DNA of 64,000 nt from Azolla caroliniana (Eukaryota; Plantae; Polypodiophyta), in the NCBI GenBank assembly GCA_043228905.1, contig JBHGNT010000013.1, positions 18,042,001-18,106,000 on the forward strand. Reading direction: 5' to 3'. The number at the start of each line of letters is the position of its first letter. Positions within the stretch are counted from its first letter, which is position 1. The translations under genes and the position numbers were made by a program. The notes under the pieces are model-generated. The model was given only the letters and a program-made list of their open reading frames with translations, searched no databases and was not told where the DNA came from. Shown here piece by piece: positions 1-11,763 of the stretch.

Positions 1-127
1 GATGTTATCAGAATACTTTAACACATTCAAGGATTGGGTTAGTATCTCACTCCTTATTTGCATAATATGGGAATTGTATTATATTTCTTAGTCTAACTCT
101 TTTAATTCTATCTCCTTTGCGCATTAG

Positions 128-804
128 CAACCATGCCGAGGCAAGAAACCGGGAGAAGTAAAAGATATCCATGACTTCCCAACATTGTTTCTTGCTCACC
201 TCGAAAGGTCCAAGAAGGAAAATGATCGTCTCTTACTAAAACCATACGATGTGGATGATGATGGGACCTTCAAAACATTTAGCCACAAGAAAGACATCAC
301 ACGCGATTTATATTACAATGTATATTGTGCTGATGTGGCCGACATGAAGGAGAAATTGCCAAGAAAAGACTACACGTTGTTGATTCCCGACATACCATAT
401 GGTTTTTGAATGGCAGGATCAATGTGTGATGACGAACCGAGAATTGTCATTTTTCATAGTATGAACCAAAGCTACTCTGTTGCACAAGCATTGAGATCTC
501 ATTCTCATGGCATCGAAAACCTAGCATGGTATGGATACATGTCGACTACTTGAATTTATATTTTGCAAAAGGTTGATTCGTGTTAAACTTGATATCATGT
601 GTATCGTGGTTATTTTGTTGTCATGTGTTGGATAAAAACCAATGTAAATAGAGGACCAACATTTAGATTTGTGAATGTGATCGAATATATAACTGTAGGA
701 TATTTTAATGAGATTAAAAAACAACGAATCCAGGAGCATTCAAATGAGGTTAGAGGCTCGAACCTATTGGTGTATCCAGAAGTTACCTGAAAATTGTGAC
801 ACGT
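128..804 (+). pseudogene. Beta-class DNA amino-methyltransferase (N6_N4_Mtase-like), copy 1, 5' part; decayed, intron-containing, probably begins upstream of the window
   Basis: Translation gives YTLLIPDIPYGF (motif IV, DIPY at 389-400), then RIVIFHS...GIENLAW, a GT donor at 529, and IKTNVNRGPTFRFVNVIEYITVGY (WxK...EY motif) and NLLVYPEVT. It contains in-frame stops and is cut by an LTR insertion at 805. Confidence 0.8.
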
Positions 805-3800
805 TGTCGTGAAAATCCGTCACTATGTGCGGATCATGAGGCGGAACCGCCGGGGTTATGAACGGGAAGGAAATACAGCTCACACGCACAACACAAGGAA
901 GTCTTACACAAACAAGGCATGAGTATTCGAACGTGTTTGTGAAAAGGAGAGGTGCATGGGCAAGCCCGAATCAACCCCTAGTCACAAGGCGAACGAATGC
1001 ACGTGAGGCCCGGGGGCTCCACTATATATAAAGAGGTTGTATCACGTGCGTTTAAGGCATCTTTTATAAACCCCTTATACGTATGTTTTTTACTATTTTA
1101 GATACCCTTCTATAAAAATTTGGTTAATAAAAATGCCCCTTAGTGCCAATATATATTTTGACAACAATTCATTTTAAATGCCCTTACATAGAAGTCACAT
1201 GTATGTTTTATACATGTGTGTGTGTGTGTATTGTGTTGTATTGCATATGTTGCATTTATATCATATGTATGGATTATGTGTATATATGTATTGTGTGTGT
1301 GTTCATATGTATGTATTTAAATTGTATTCCTTGTTTATTTACTTATGTATTGTATTGTATGTGTTGTATATCTAGATGTATGGCATGTGTGTATGTATCT
1401 GGGTTATGCATGTGACCTCTAAAGCTAATGGATGTAGTCTATGCAATGATCTTGACATTGCCTCATGTGCATTGAAGCCACCCACCACTTTGGTAATAAA
1501 ATCTGGATCATGTGGGATCTTACAAAATTTGATGTAATTACTTGAAGGACCTTTTCTATTTTTGTAAGTTCAAAGTTATCCTGCTTTGACTTGTCCTATT
1601 GTGTAGGACAATACTCTTTTAGAATCGATTTTTGATATTGCCTTAAAATTTTACTCTATAATTCAAGTGCTTTTAAGATAATTAAATCAGGATAGATAAT
1701 GCAGAAACCTGAAGTTTATAATTGACAATAGATTTCCTCATACTCAGTGTATACTCATGGTGAACCTCCTTTGAAACTTATTGCAAGGTATGACTGATTG
1801 TCTTTTCTGACAACCTTTCAATTGCATGTTTACCAACATGACGAAGGGCAAATAGGTGCTATAAAGGTGTCGTCTATCCTTGCCTCAATATAGTATTGAT
1901 ATTTCAAAATGTGTTCTACATCTTCCGACATTGGATGAGCCCAATTGTGGTACCAAAGCATAGCTGATATGAAGACTCCGAGGACTCGGAGCGATATGTG
2001 GAACATAATCTTCTTTGTTCACAAGTTCATTATCCATATATTTTGCTTCTATCTTGGAATCTAGCAAAATCTGTTCTACATCTAATATATTTGATGAGCC
2101 CAATGGTTGATTCAAACAAAAACTCATCTGAAGAGTTTGGGAATTCTAAACACGTGAAAAATACTTTTTCATACATTTGTTTTGGAGACATTTTGCTTCT
2201 ATGCTTGAAGCCACTCTCTTTATTGATGATGTCATCTGTACTTTCCCTGCTTGTAATATGTGAATTTTAGGATTGTAACATTCCTTCTGCATATCATTGT
2301 TCATAATCAAACAAATAAAACATTTGAATAGATGAACAGTCCCATTTTTCTTTTAAAAAAAAACTACTAAAAAATCAAGCTCTTCTTTGCTTAAAAATGG
2401 CAATTTGTAAGGGCATATCAAGTCACTAGGCTTCACATCTAAGTGTCTCCACAATCACTTATGTGTGGTTCGATCTGGCATCTCAAACCTTAGTATTAGT
2501 GCCACTACATTTCTAGTTTTGGGGATTGATACATTCAGTTTTCCAAGATCCATTGATGGAGGACTGCAAGATAGAAGACAAGAGTATCTATGTTATTGTA
2601 TGTGTGGACTCGTGAATTTTTAAATATGCAAAAAATATCTTATTAAAGCAATTAAAATATTCTAACAATACCTGTTATAAATGCCAATGTGGTTTGACAG
2701 AGTATGACAAATGCCATGTTTTGCATGCATACTGGAATCGCTCTTGTGAACAAAGATTCTGTGCTTAGGATTGGAGACAAATCCACACTCTGGAAACCCA
2801 TCTATAAAATCCAATAAAGAGAAGCATTGTCAACAACATTGATTCTTGTAAGCTTACAACCTTATCAAGAAACTAAAAGATAATTATGCTTACAAACTGA
2901 AATTCAAACCTAGGTATCATTCCACATCCATATATCCAACAAAGATAAAAGTTTCAGACTAAGAATGATGAAGAATCTCAGTACACAATACAAAAAAACA
3001 CTTTTAAGATCCCTAGAACAAATACTGAAGGTTAACATTTCATTGGAGCATTCCTAATTTATCCTTAGAAAAGTTTCATTTGAGGCAAAGTCATTTTTGT
3101 GATTTACCACCCACTCTCTCACATGCTGGTGTACAAATATCAAAACAGTGGAAAGTATTGTGTTTTTCCCGAGATTGAAACTAATCAGAGTGATCTGAAT
3201 ACTCATCTAATTCACAATTTTGAGGCAAAATTGACCATGTAGTATTCATGCCATAAGACTCATTGACATCTACACATAATGGGAAAAGACACGATTATAT
3301 GGTTAGTGGATACACTTACTTCAAGAGTGAGAAACAGAGAAGTTCAACAATAAACAGAAAAGCGTACTCGTTAGGCATGACCTCAACCAGCTTATCACTA
3401 CAAAATGCATCATCAAATAGAGTACCCTTCTCCGTGCATAAGATAATGGCCAATTTGTGAGAGTACGCAGTTCATACAACCAGAAAATCAAGCTACTTAA
3501 AATTCACATGCAAATTTCGTACAAAAAAAAAGTTTTACCATCTTTCTTTTCTTTACTGCTTTCTCTAGCTCTTCAAAGTATTTTGTTGCTAACTCCTCGG
3601 CCTGACATCATTCAAAACAAATGCAAACTTACAATGCCATCTATATTAAAGTTATTATTCCAATAAAATGTTGTTTTGTTGTCGTAAACTCATCCAAATT
3701 AGATCCTCGGTGTAGGAATTATTACTAGTCTTTTCATGGTTGTGGATTTCATGTACTTCTTCAGTTTCAACCTCCTTCCATCAAGATACTCCCCTTGAGG

Positions 3801-4628
3801 AAGCACTTGTTTTGTTGTTGGACATGCCCTCTTCCCTGAAAAAAGAGATTATCATTACAAATGCTTTCTTTGTTTGTATCTATAACAACAAAAATCTAGC
3901 TATTAGCATACATCATCTCTGGATTTTTTAATTGAAGCAAAATTATTTCACTGCATTAAGTGTTTCAAAAATCAAGGGAACTGTACAAGAAGAATGTGAG
4001 TTGTGTGGTTGTATAGTGAATACAAAGTTTAGCATGGAAAAAATACATGAGAGAGAATGTTGCAAATGCATGTGTGCATGCGTTCATACATGCATACAAA
4101 AACACATACACAAACACAAGCATGCATATGCAAATACGTATACACACATGCACACATACAAACATGGTTTAAAACTTTCTCTTTCTCCATAATGGAAGTG
4201 AGAACCCTAAAACAAGCCCAACAAAAACCCTAGAAGGCACCTCTCTCTCATACAAATTATGTTAAATATAACTAGAGATTAACAGGTTCACCTTGATCCG
4301 GTCAATTATGATCACATCATTGCATTGTATTAACTTACTAAGTTCTAGTCTAAAAATCTCATATAGTAACATGTCTTTCAATATGTTTACAAGATGTCTG
4401 TCAATCTCACAAACCATATAGATCATAGAACATACATCATGTTGAACAAATTTCTCAACCTTGAGATAAACAATTCTTTCAAAAAGCAATAGTGAATATT
4501 TTGCAATTAGAGTAACATTAAGTAGCATTTAGAACTGATTGGGCATACATCAATAAGCTTCAAGATTAATTCCAAGTTCACTATGTTACCTTTGTTGAAA
4601 ATCCTTGTTATGCGGCATTCCAAAGAAG

Positions 4629-4910
4629 CTAAGCGATGTTAGAGTCGTTGAAGTCATCATCAAAGGAGTTGAATAAATCAGAGTCGAGGGGTTGAGAGTT
4701 AGGGATGGAGTCAGAGAAGAAGTCGGTGGCGTCGTCGTTGTCGAGGTCGAGCTTCATAGCCGCAGTAGATGCTGATGCAGAAGAGATGGCAGCAGAAGAA
4801 ACGGATGAAGAAGAAGAAGAAGAAGGTGCAACAGAAGGAGGGAATGTGGAAACGACGACGGAGGCAAAAGAAGAAGAATTGGCCATTCCTCCCAACGATG
4901 GGCGCTTCAT
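4629..4910 (-). CDS. SMAP1 / CSN9 (CSNAP)-like small acidic protein, captured inside the TIR element
   Basis: Open 93-aa ORF ending MKLDLDNDDATDFF...DSDLFNSFDDDFNDSNIA, matching the F/D-rich C-terminal motif of plant SMAP1 (DADFFNKFDDDFDDTDIN). Confidence 0.65.
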   Translation of the reverse strand: MKRPSLGGMANSSSFASVVVSTFPPSVAPSSSSSSSVSSAAISSASASTAAMKLDLDNDDATDFFSDSIPNSQPLDSDLFNSFDDDFNDSNIA

Positions 4911-5029
4911 CTCCCTCCTGCTACTTTCTTTCTTCTTTTTCCCCTAAGTTTTTGCTAAAACATAACACGCATATGGTGTAATCTCCCCCCTTTTCTTACC
5001 CCATTTTTTTAAACAACTAGCCTCGATTG

Positions 5030-7090
5030 TAGTATTATATATATGTATGTATTCTATGTATGGCATTACGTGTTTGTATGTATTATGTGTGTGTATGTGT
5101 ATGTGTATGTTGTATATATGTGCATGTGTAGGTGTGTCTATATATATATATATGTCCATATATGTATGTATGTATGTGTGTGTGTGTGCGTATGTGTGTG
5201 TGTATGTACGTACGTACGTACGTGTGTGTATGCATATATGCACATGTCAATGTACATGATTCAATGTGTATCATGTGTGATTGTAATATGTGCATAATAT
5301 ATATGTATATATCTAATGTATGCATGTGTATGTATATATAACAATGTATAAATGAATATATGTATGTATGTACGAATGTACATATGTGCATGCATATGGT
5401 ATGTATGTATGTATGTATGTATGTATGTATGTATGTATGTATGTATGTATATGTATGCATATGTCAATGTGCATGATTCAATGTGTATGGATGTGTGATT
5501 TTAATATGTGCATAATATTTCTGTATATCTAATGTATGTATTGTAGTGTATGTATGAATATATGTGTGTACATGCATGAATGTACATATGCTTATATATG
5601 TAATATGTGGAACATGTATGGATGTATGTCTGTAAAATTTATACATGTACCATTGTAGGCATATGTAGATATATAAATCTAGCAATGTATGAATGAATAT
5701 ATGTAAGTCCATGTATGAATGTACATATGTGTGTGCATATATGCATATGTAATGTATGTATGTGTATGCATACATACATATGTCAATGTGTATAGATTTG
5801 TGATTGTAACATGTGCATGATATCTATGCATATATCTAATGTATGTATGTGTATGTATATATGTATTGTTGTAACGAGTATGACCATGTGTGTGCGTGTG
5901 ATGATATCTATGTACATATGTAATGTATGTATGTATGTAATATACATATGAAATGTATGTATGTTTATACATGTATGTAATGTATGTATATATGTGTATG
6001 CATGCATGCTTGTAAAATTTATTTCTGTAACATTGTAGGCATAATGTATATACATGAAGCAACGTATAAATGAATATATGTATGTACATGTATGAATGTA
6101 CATATGTGTATATATGTAATATGTAATGTATTTATGTATATATAATTTCGGGGTATTTTTGTGTTTAGTATGTGTATGGCTCATATAAAGATGTATGTTT
6201 GCAATATACACATAATATGTATGCATATGTCCAATGTAGGTGTACGTATACATATATCAAATGTGTGTGTATGTATATAGTATGACCCCATATGACCTAT
6301 ATATATGGTGATATGTGGAATATGTATGTACCTATGTAATGTATGTACGTGTGTGCATATATACGTATGTATGGATGTGTGTTTGTAATATGTATGTATG
6401 TACGTATGTATGTATGGTAATATGTGGAAATTGGAATATGTATGTGCATATATGTAATATATGTATGTATGTATGTGTATGTAAATTGATTTATCGTGCA
6501 ATATATATGGATTATATGATATGTAAAATCTAATTTATTTATGTGTGTGTGTGCATGTGCATGTAATATATATAATATGTAATATATGTAATTTGTAAGA
6601 CATATAATATGTAACCTTATGTATTAATATGTATGTGTATGTGTGTGTGTGTATATATATAATGTAATTTATGTATTTATTTATGTATATTTTTTGTGTT
6701 TAGTATATATACATATTACATATATGCATTTGTATATAATTGTGTGTATAATGATATATGTGTGTAAAATGTAATATGTAAAATATCTTTGTGAGAATGT
6801 GTAGTATATATGTATATCAATATATATGGCTGATCATACATACATACACATACATACACACACGTGTGTGTGTGTATGTATGTATTTATATATGTAGTAT
6901 GTAATGTATTTATGTATGTGTATGTACATATTTACATATGGTAATATATATTTGTACATATATTTATGTTTAGTCAATATGCATGTATAAATGGGTGTAA
7001 TGCATATATATTCATGGATGTAATGTTTGAATGTAGGTATATATCCATGCATGCATGTATATGTATGTATGTATGTATGTATGTATGGTA
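5030..7090. repeat. Degenerate (TA/TG/TATG)n microsatellite-rich tract
   Basis: About 2 kb of alternating purine-pyrimidine low-complexity sequence, including a pure (ATGT)n run at ~5400-5450. Confidence 0.9.
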
Positions 7091-7378
7091 CTCCAAAAGA
7101 GTATTGTTTGCCCATTGTTTGCATAATAATTCTTTACTATTTCATTGAAATATCTAATATTTCATGGGCTTATGTAATTTTTTTTCTAACATAATTGATA
7201 ATACCCTTATGTAAATATATATTTCAAATATTTATTAATACCCTCATATATATACATTCTGTACCTCGGTGACTAATTTAAACCCCTTTTGATGAACTCA
7301 CGTGCTATCATACAAGTTTTGACAGTGAAGCCCCTGGGACGTGAGGAAGTCTTACACATGGCCACACAAGGAAAAGGC

Positions 7379-8330
7379 TTACTTACACACACGAGAGACA
7401 AAGTTTCGAATGCCTTTGTGAAAAGAGAGGTACATGGGCAAGCCTGAACGCTCCCTTGTTACAAGACACGTGAACACACAAGCAAGGTTTACACACGGGA
7501 GACACAATTTCGAACGCCTTTGTGAAAGGAGAGGTGCATTGGCAAGCCCGAACGCTCCCTTGCCACAAGTCGCACGATCACACAAGTAAGGTTTACGCAC
7601 GGAAGACACAATTTCGAACGCCTTTGTGAAAGGAGAGGTGCATGGGCAAGCCCGAACGGTCCCTTGCCACAAGTCGCACGATCACACAAGCAAGATTTAC
7701 ACTAACACGCAAGACACGAAAGTTTGAATGCCTTTGTGAAAGGAGAGGTGTAAGACACGCAAGTTTGAATGCCTTTGTGAAAGGAGAGGTGCATGGACAA
7801 GCCCAAAACGCTCCCTTGTCACAAGACACACAAACAAATAAGCACAAATGATGATAACATATAAGATACGTAAGTTTGAATGCCTTTGTGAAAGGAAAGG
7901 TGCATGGGCAAAGCCTGAAATGCTCCCTTGTCACAAGACACACAAACAAATAAGCACAAATGATGATAACATATAAGATACGTAAGTTTGAATGCCTTTG
8001 TGAAAGGAGAGGTGCATGGGCAAGCCCGAAATGCTCCCTTATCACAAGACACACAAACAAATAAGCACAAATGACAATAACATATATTAAGACACGCAAG
8101 TTTGAATGCCTTTGTGAAAGGAGAGGTGCATGGGCAAGCCCGAAACGCTCCCTTGTCACAAGACACACAAACAAATAAACACAAATGATGATAACATATA
8201 AGATACGTAAGTTTGAATGCCTTTGTGAAAGGAGAGGTGCATGGGCAAGCCCAAAACGCTCCCTTGTCACAAGACACACAAACAAATGAGCACAAATGAC
8301 GATAACATATAAGACACGTAGGTGAAACCA
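7379..8330. repeat. Tandem array of ~105-114-bp units inside the solo LTR
   Basis: About 9 copies (one truncated) of a core TTTGAATGCCTTTGTGAAAGGAGAGGTGCATGGGCAAGCCCGAACGCTCCCTTGTCACAAG. One more copy at ~925-990 is separated by the TIR insertion. Confidence 0.9.
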
Positions 8331-8619
8331 AACATTCCTTTATTACAATATAATGAATTCTTTTATAAAATAAGAATCAATTTTACAACAGGTTTGATAT
8401 GAATATGAGAGATAATTTATAAAGGAAGGGGGAAGAGAGGTGGAGGAAAGAAGAGAGTGGAATATAGAAGAAGGTGATTCTTTGTTGATGATGCCTCTCG
8501 ATGTTGTTGATCCTTCTTCTTTTGCCTTCCAATTGAGTAGATCTTCCGCGTTCCTTCTCCCTCCCCCCCTTCTTCACTAGAATAGGCTCTTATTTATAGG
8601 TTTAGGATTGCTTGCCTTT

Positions 8620-10629
8620 TGTCAAGATTCGAACTCTTGACATGACCATGCTATAATCGAGTATTATGTGTTAACCACACATCTAGCATATAATCATGTA
8701 TATACTTCCTCATTGTAGGTTTTAGCTAGCATCATGTGCATAATTTCTCCCTTGTATTATTAACACTTGGCACATGCATGCGTACCTACTGCCTACATGC
8801 TCTATTGTATCACATGCATGCAACAGGTATGTATGCCACGTAGTATAAATAGTTGAGTTCACCTTGAAGGAATTCAAGGTGAACAACGCCAGTCATGGAT
8901 ATATCAATCTAGTATTCCCATTTCGCCCATCCTCTCTCCTTGATCTTCATCTCTATCTTTATGCTCTTGTGTCATTCCCCGTCTTAAGCTCCTCGCGTCA
9001 TCGCTCCGTCATAGCCTCATCATCCATGCTCCATCTTAGTCCGCGCTTGGTGTGTCCGTGACAGTTTGTTCACCTTCCAACTTGAAGCATCACCCGTCTC
9101 CGTCATCGCCCTTTCTTCTAGAGTTACCATCGTCAGCATAGCATCATCAACATTGCTTCATTTCCTATCTTCCTCACCATTTCTATCTCCTAGTTTCTTC
9201 TCATCATTTTCATTGGCTTTTAGTTTCTCCTCATCATTGTCTCTATTTTTTAGTTTCTTTCCCGTTGGTGTTCGTGTTCTAGTTCCCGATGAGGGCCGCA
9301 CAAGGCCGCTCACTCCCGTTGGTGTTTGTGTTCCAGTTCCCGGTGAGGTGTGCACAAGGCCGCTCACTCCCGTTGGTGTTCGTGTTCCAGTTCCCTGTGA
9401 GGGCCACACAAGGCCACTCACTCCCGTTGGTGTTCGTGTTCTAGTTCCCGGTGAGGTCCGCACAAGGCCGCTCACTCCCGTTGGTGTTCGTGTTCCAGTT
9501 CTCGGTGAGGTCCGCACAAGGCCGCTCACTCCCGTTGGTGTTCGTGTTCTAGTTCTCTGTGAGGGCCGCATGGTTGCTCACGCTTGTTCGTGTTCCTGTT
9601 CCCGGTGAGGGCCACATGGTCGCTCACTCCCGTTCGTGTTCCAGTCTCCGGTGAGGACCACACATGGCCGCTCACTCCAACTATTGTTCATGTTCCAGAT
9701 CCCGGTGAGGACCGACATGGTCGCTCATGCCCGTTGTTGTTCATGTTCCAGTTCTCGGTGAGGACCACATATGGTCGATTACTCCCATTCGTGTTCCTGT
9801 TCCCGGTGAGGGCCACATGGTCGCTCACTCGTTCGTGTTCCATTTCTCGGTGAGGACAACATGGTTGCTCATGCCCGTTGGTGTTCATGTTCCAACTCTC
9901 AACGAGGACCGTTCCAATTCCCGACAAGGACCCCACATGGTCACTCATGCCCCTTGGTGTTCATGCTCCCCGTGAGGACCGCACATGGTCGCTCACACCC
10001 GCTGATATTTGTGTTCCAGTTCTAGGCGAGGACCACACATGGTCACTCATGCCCGTTGGTGTTAAATACCTTGTCTTGTGGAAGGGTTACTCCTTGTCTA
10101 GGATTTACAAAATACTTTGGAGGTGATTAAGATTTTCATCAACAATATCCCCTTAAGCCGACAAACGATTTGGGAAGGCATCGTTGAAAAGGGGATAATG
10201 TCAAGATTCGAACTCTTGACATGACCATGTTATAATCGAGTGTTATGTGTTAACCACACATCTACCATATAATCATGTATATACTTCCTCATTGTAGGTT
10301 TTAGCTAGCATCATGTGCATAATTTCTCCCTTGTATTATTAACACTTGGCACATGCATGCGTACCTATTGCCTACATGCTCTATTGTATCACATGCGTGC
10401 AACAGGTATGTATGCCACGTAGTATAAATAGTTGAGTTCACCTTGAATTCCACGCCAGTCATGGATATATCAATCTAGTATTCCCATTTCGCCCATCCTC
10501 TCTCCTTGATCTTCATCTCTATCTTTATGCTCTTGTGTCATTCCCCGTCTTAAGCTCCTCGCGTCATCTCTCCGTCATAGCCTCATCATCCATGCTCCAT
10601 CTTAGTCCGCGCTTGGTGTGTCCGTGACA
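8620..10629 (+). mobile_element. Non-autonomous LTR retroelement (TRIM/LARD-like), probably chromovirus-derived
   Basis: Near-identical LTRs at 8620-9063 and 10199-10629 (TGTCA...TGACA), 5-bp TSD CCTTT, PPT GAAAAGGGGATAA before the 3' LTR, and no gag/pol internally. Confidence 0.92.
9261..10062. repeat. 54-bp (some 48-bp) tandem repeat array inside the non-autonomous LTR element
   Basis: About 15 units of CCCGTTGGTGTTCGTGTTCCAGTTCCCGGTGAGG(G/A)CCGCACAAGGCCGCTCACT. Confidence 0.9.
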
Positions 10630-11073
10630 CCTTTTTCCCCTAAAAAAAAGCTTGTCTATATGAGTTGACTTTTCTTTTCCTCACTTTTTCTGTTTTCTAG
10701 CCCCAAATTTCACATGCAATATATTCTTGGAAAGCTCTTTGGGTTAGCTTTCTTATGCATCTTTTCTTTTCTAATTTGGATATCTGACGAGGAAATTATG
10801 AGCTTTTTTCTCTATTGTGCTCCTCATATCCATGCGTGCTTTTTTTGTCTCTACTTTTGTCTACTTTTGAAAACCGCCTCTAACTTAATATTCATCATTA
10901 TTTATTGTACGGTTCAATCCTTTGAACTTTTATTTATAAGGAATTATCTTTGGTAAAATGAAAAAGTATTTTTGCTACCAATAAAGTTGACTTCAGAATA
11001 CTACTTTATTTAAACTACTATTTTGCTTCTTTTCGAGGGTGGTTTCACACTATATGTTAGAAACATCACGACA

Positions 11074-11600
11074 ACGTGGTCTTTTCAACCCATATAAGAA
11101 GCCTCAACAACTCATTATGCGCCTTTTAGAAATGTTCTCCAATGAAGGAGATTGGATATTGAATTTATTCTCATGCACTGACCGTAAAGTTTTATGTAAT
11201 GTATACTATGGTTTGCAGAATTAAAATAACCTTGTAACTTGGTTAAAGAAATTAGGGTTATATTTTCATCACGTGCTTTGAAGATTTTTCATAATACGGT
11301 TACATTGGAGAAAGACGATGAACAAGTCAGTTTCATTAACATGAGGATTAAAGCCTTATGGGAATGTCCTAACCAAGGTGATGATGTAGGGGCCAAACAC
11401 ATCACTGATACCGAGTGATTTCAAACAGCCTCCCGTGAGTCGATTCCTCTGTTAGCTGATGAACACGGGGAACTTATTGACCTTGATGATGACCTTCGAG
11501 AAGACCTTACAATTGCTAGTCTGTCTGGTGTCGATACCACTAAAGCAATTTGTGAGGAGAGTTCTCAAAGACATGAAGATGATAATGATGTAGACACCTT
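11074..11600 (+). pseudogene. Beta-class DNA amino-methyltransferase, copy 1, 3' part (SAM-binding motifs X, I-III plus acidic tail)
   Basis: GLFNPYKKPQQLIMRLLEMFSNEGDWILNLFSCT (compare HPTQKPxxLxxRLIxxxSxEGDxVLDPFxGSG). After a short intron comes ALKIFHNTVTLEKDDEQVSFINMRIK, then ECPNQGDDVGAKHI, which is shared with copy 2. Confidence 0.8.
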
Positions 11601-11763
11601 AATAGCTATGTAAAACTTTAGTCGCCGATGTAATATTAACATTGTAATCTAAGCATTCAATGTTTAAATATTTTTTCTTTAAATATGTCTTTCGATGTTT
11701 AAATATGTTTTTAAATTGATATTGTGTAAGATTAAATCTCAATGTTATTGTCGTTTTAATCGA

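Larger units (their letters stand above)
1009..7338. mobile_element. TIR DNA transposon derivative (6.3 kb), 8-bp TSD, superfamily unresolved
   Basis: TIRs CCCGGGGGCTCCACT / CCCAGGGGCTTCACT (reverse complement of right end), with TA(T/G)CACGTG(C/A)GTT in register to ~44 bp. TSD ACGTGAGG at 1001-1008 and 7339-7346. Confidence 0.85.
805..11073 (-). mobile_element. Gypsy-type solo LTR (~1.9 kb own sequence) carrying two nested insertions
   Basis: Termini are TGTCGTGA...TCACGACA with a 4-bp TSD ACGT (801-804, 11074-11077). The first ~65 bp are homologous to the LTR at 57461. A minus-strand TATA lies near 8590. Confidence 0.85.

Noticed and set aside
4705-4947. Acidic plus-strand ORF (MESEKKSV...EEEEEE)
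   Set aside because: It is the antisense of the SMAP1-like ORF, and the poly-Glu is just the complement of its poly-Ser (TCT)n.
4944-7148. Many ORF-track entries rich in H/I/Y/T/C/V/M (also 1143-1415, 3965-4165, 12840-13103)
   Set aside because: These are translation artefacts of (TA/TG/CA)n microsatellite sequence.
7400-8280. Hammerhead ribozyme / retrozyme interpretation of the hairpin repeats
   Set aside because: There is no CTGANGA...GAAA catalytic core on either strand of the units.
7379-10062. Repeat arrays superficially like CRISPR (conserved core plus variable linker)
   Set aside because: The linkers are homologous to each other rather than unique spacers, the arrays sit inside LTR elements, and there are no cas genes in this eukaryotic context.
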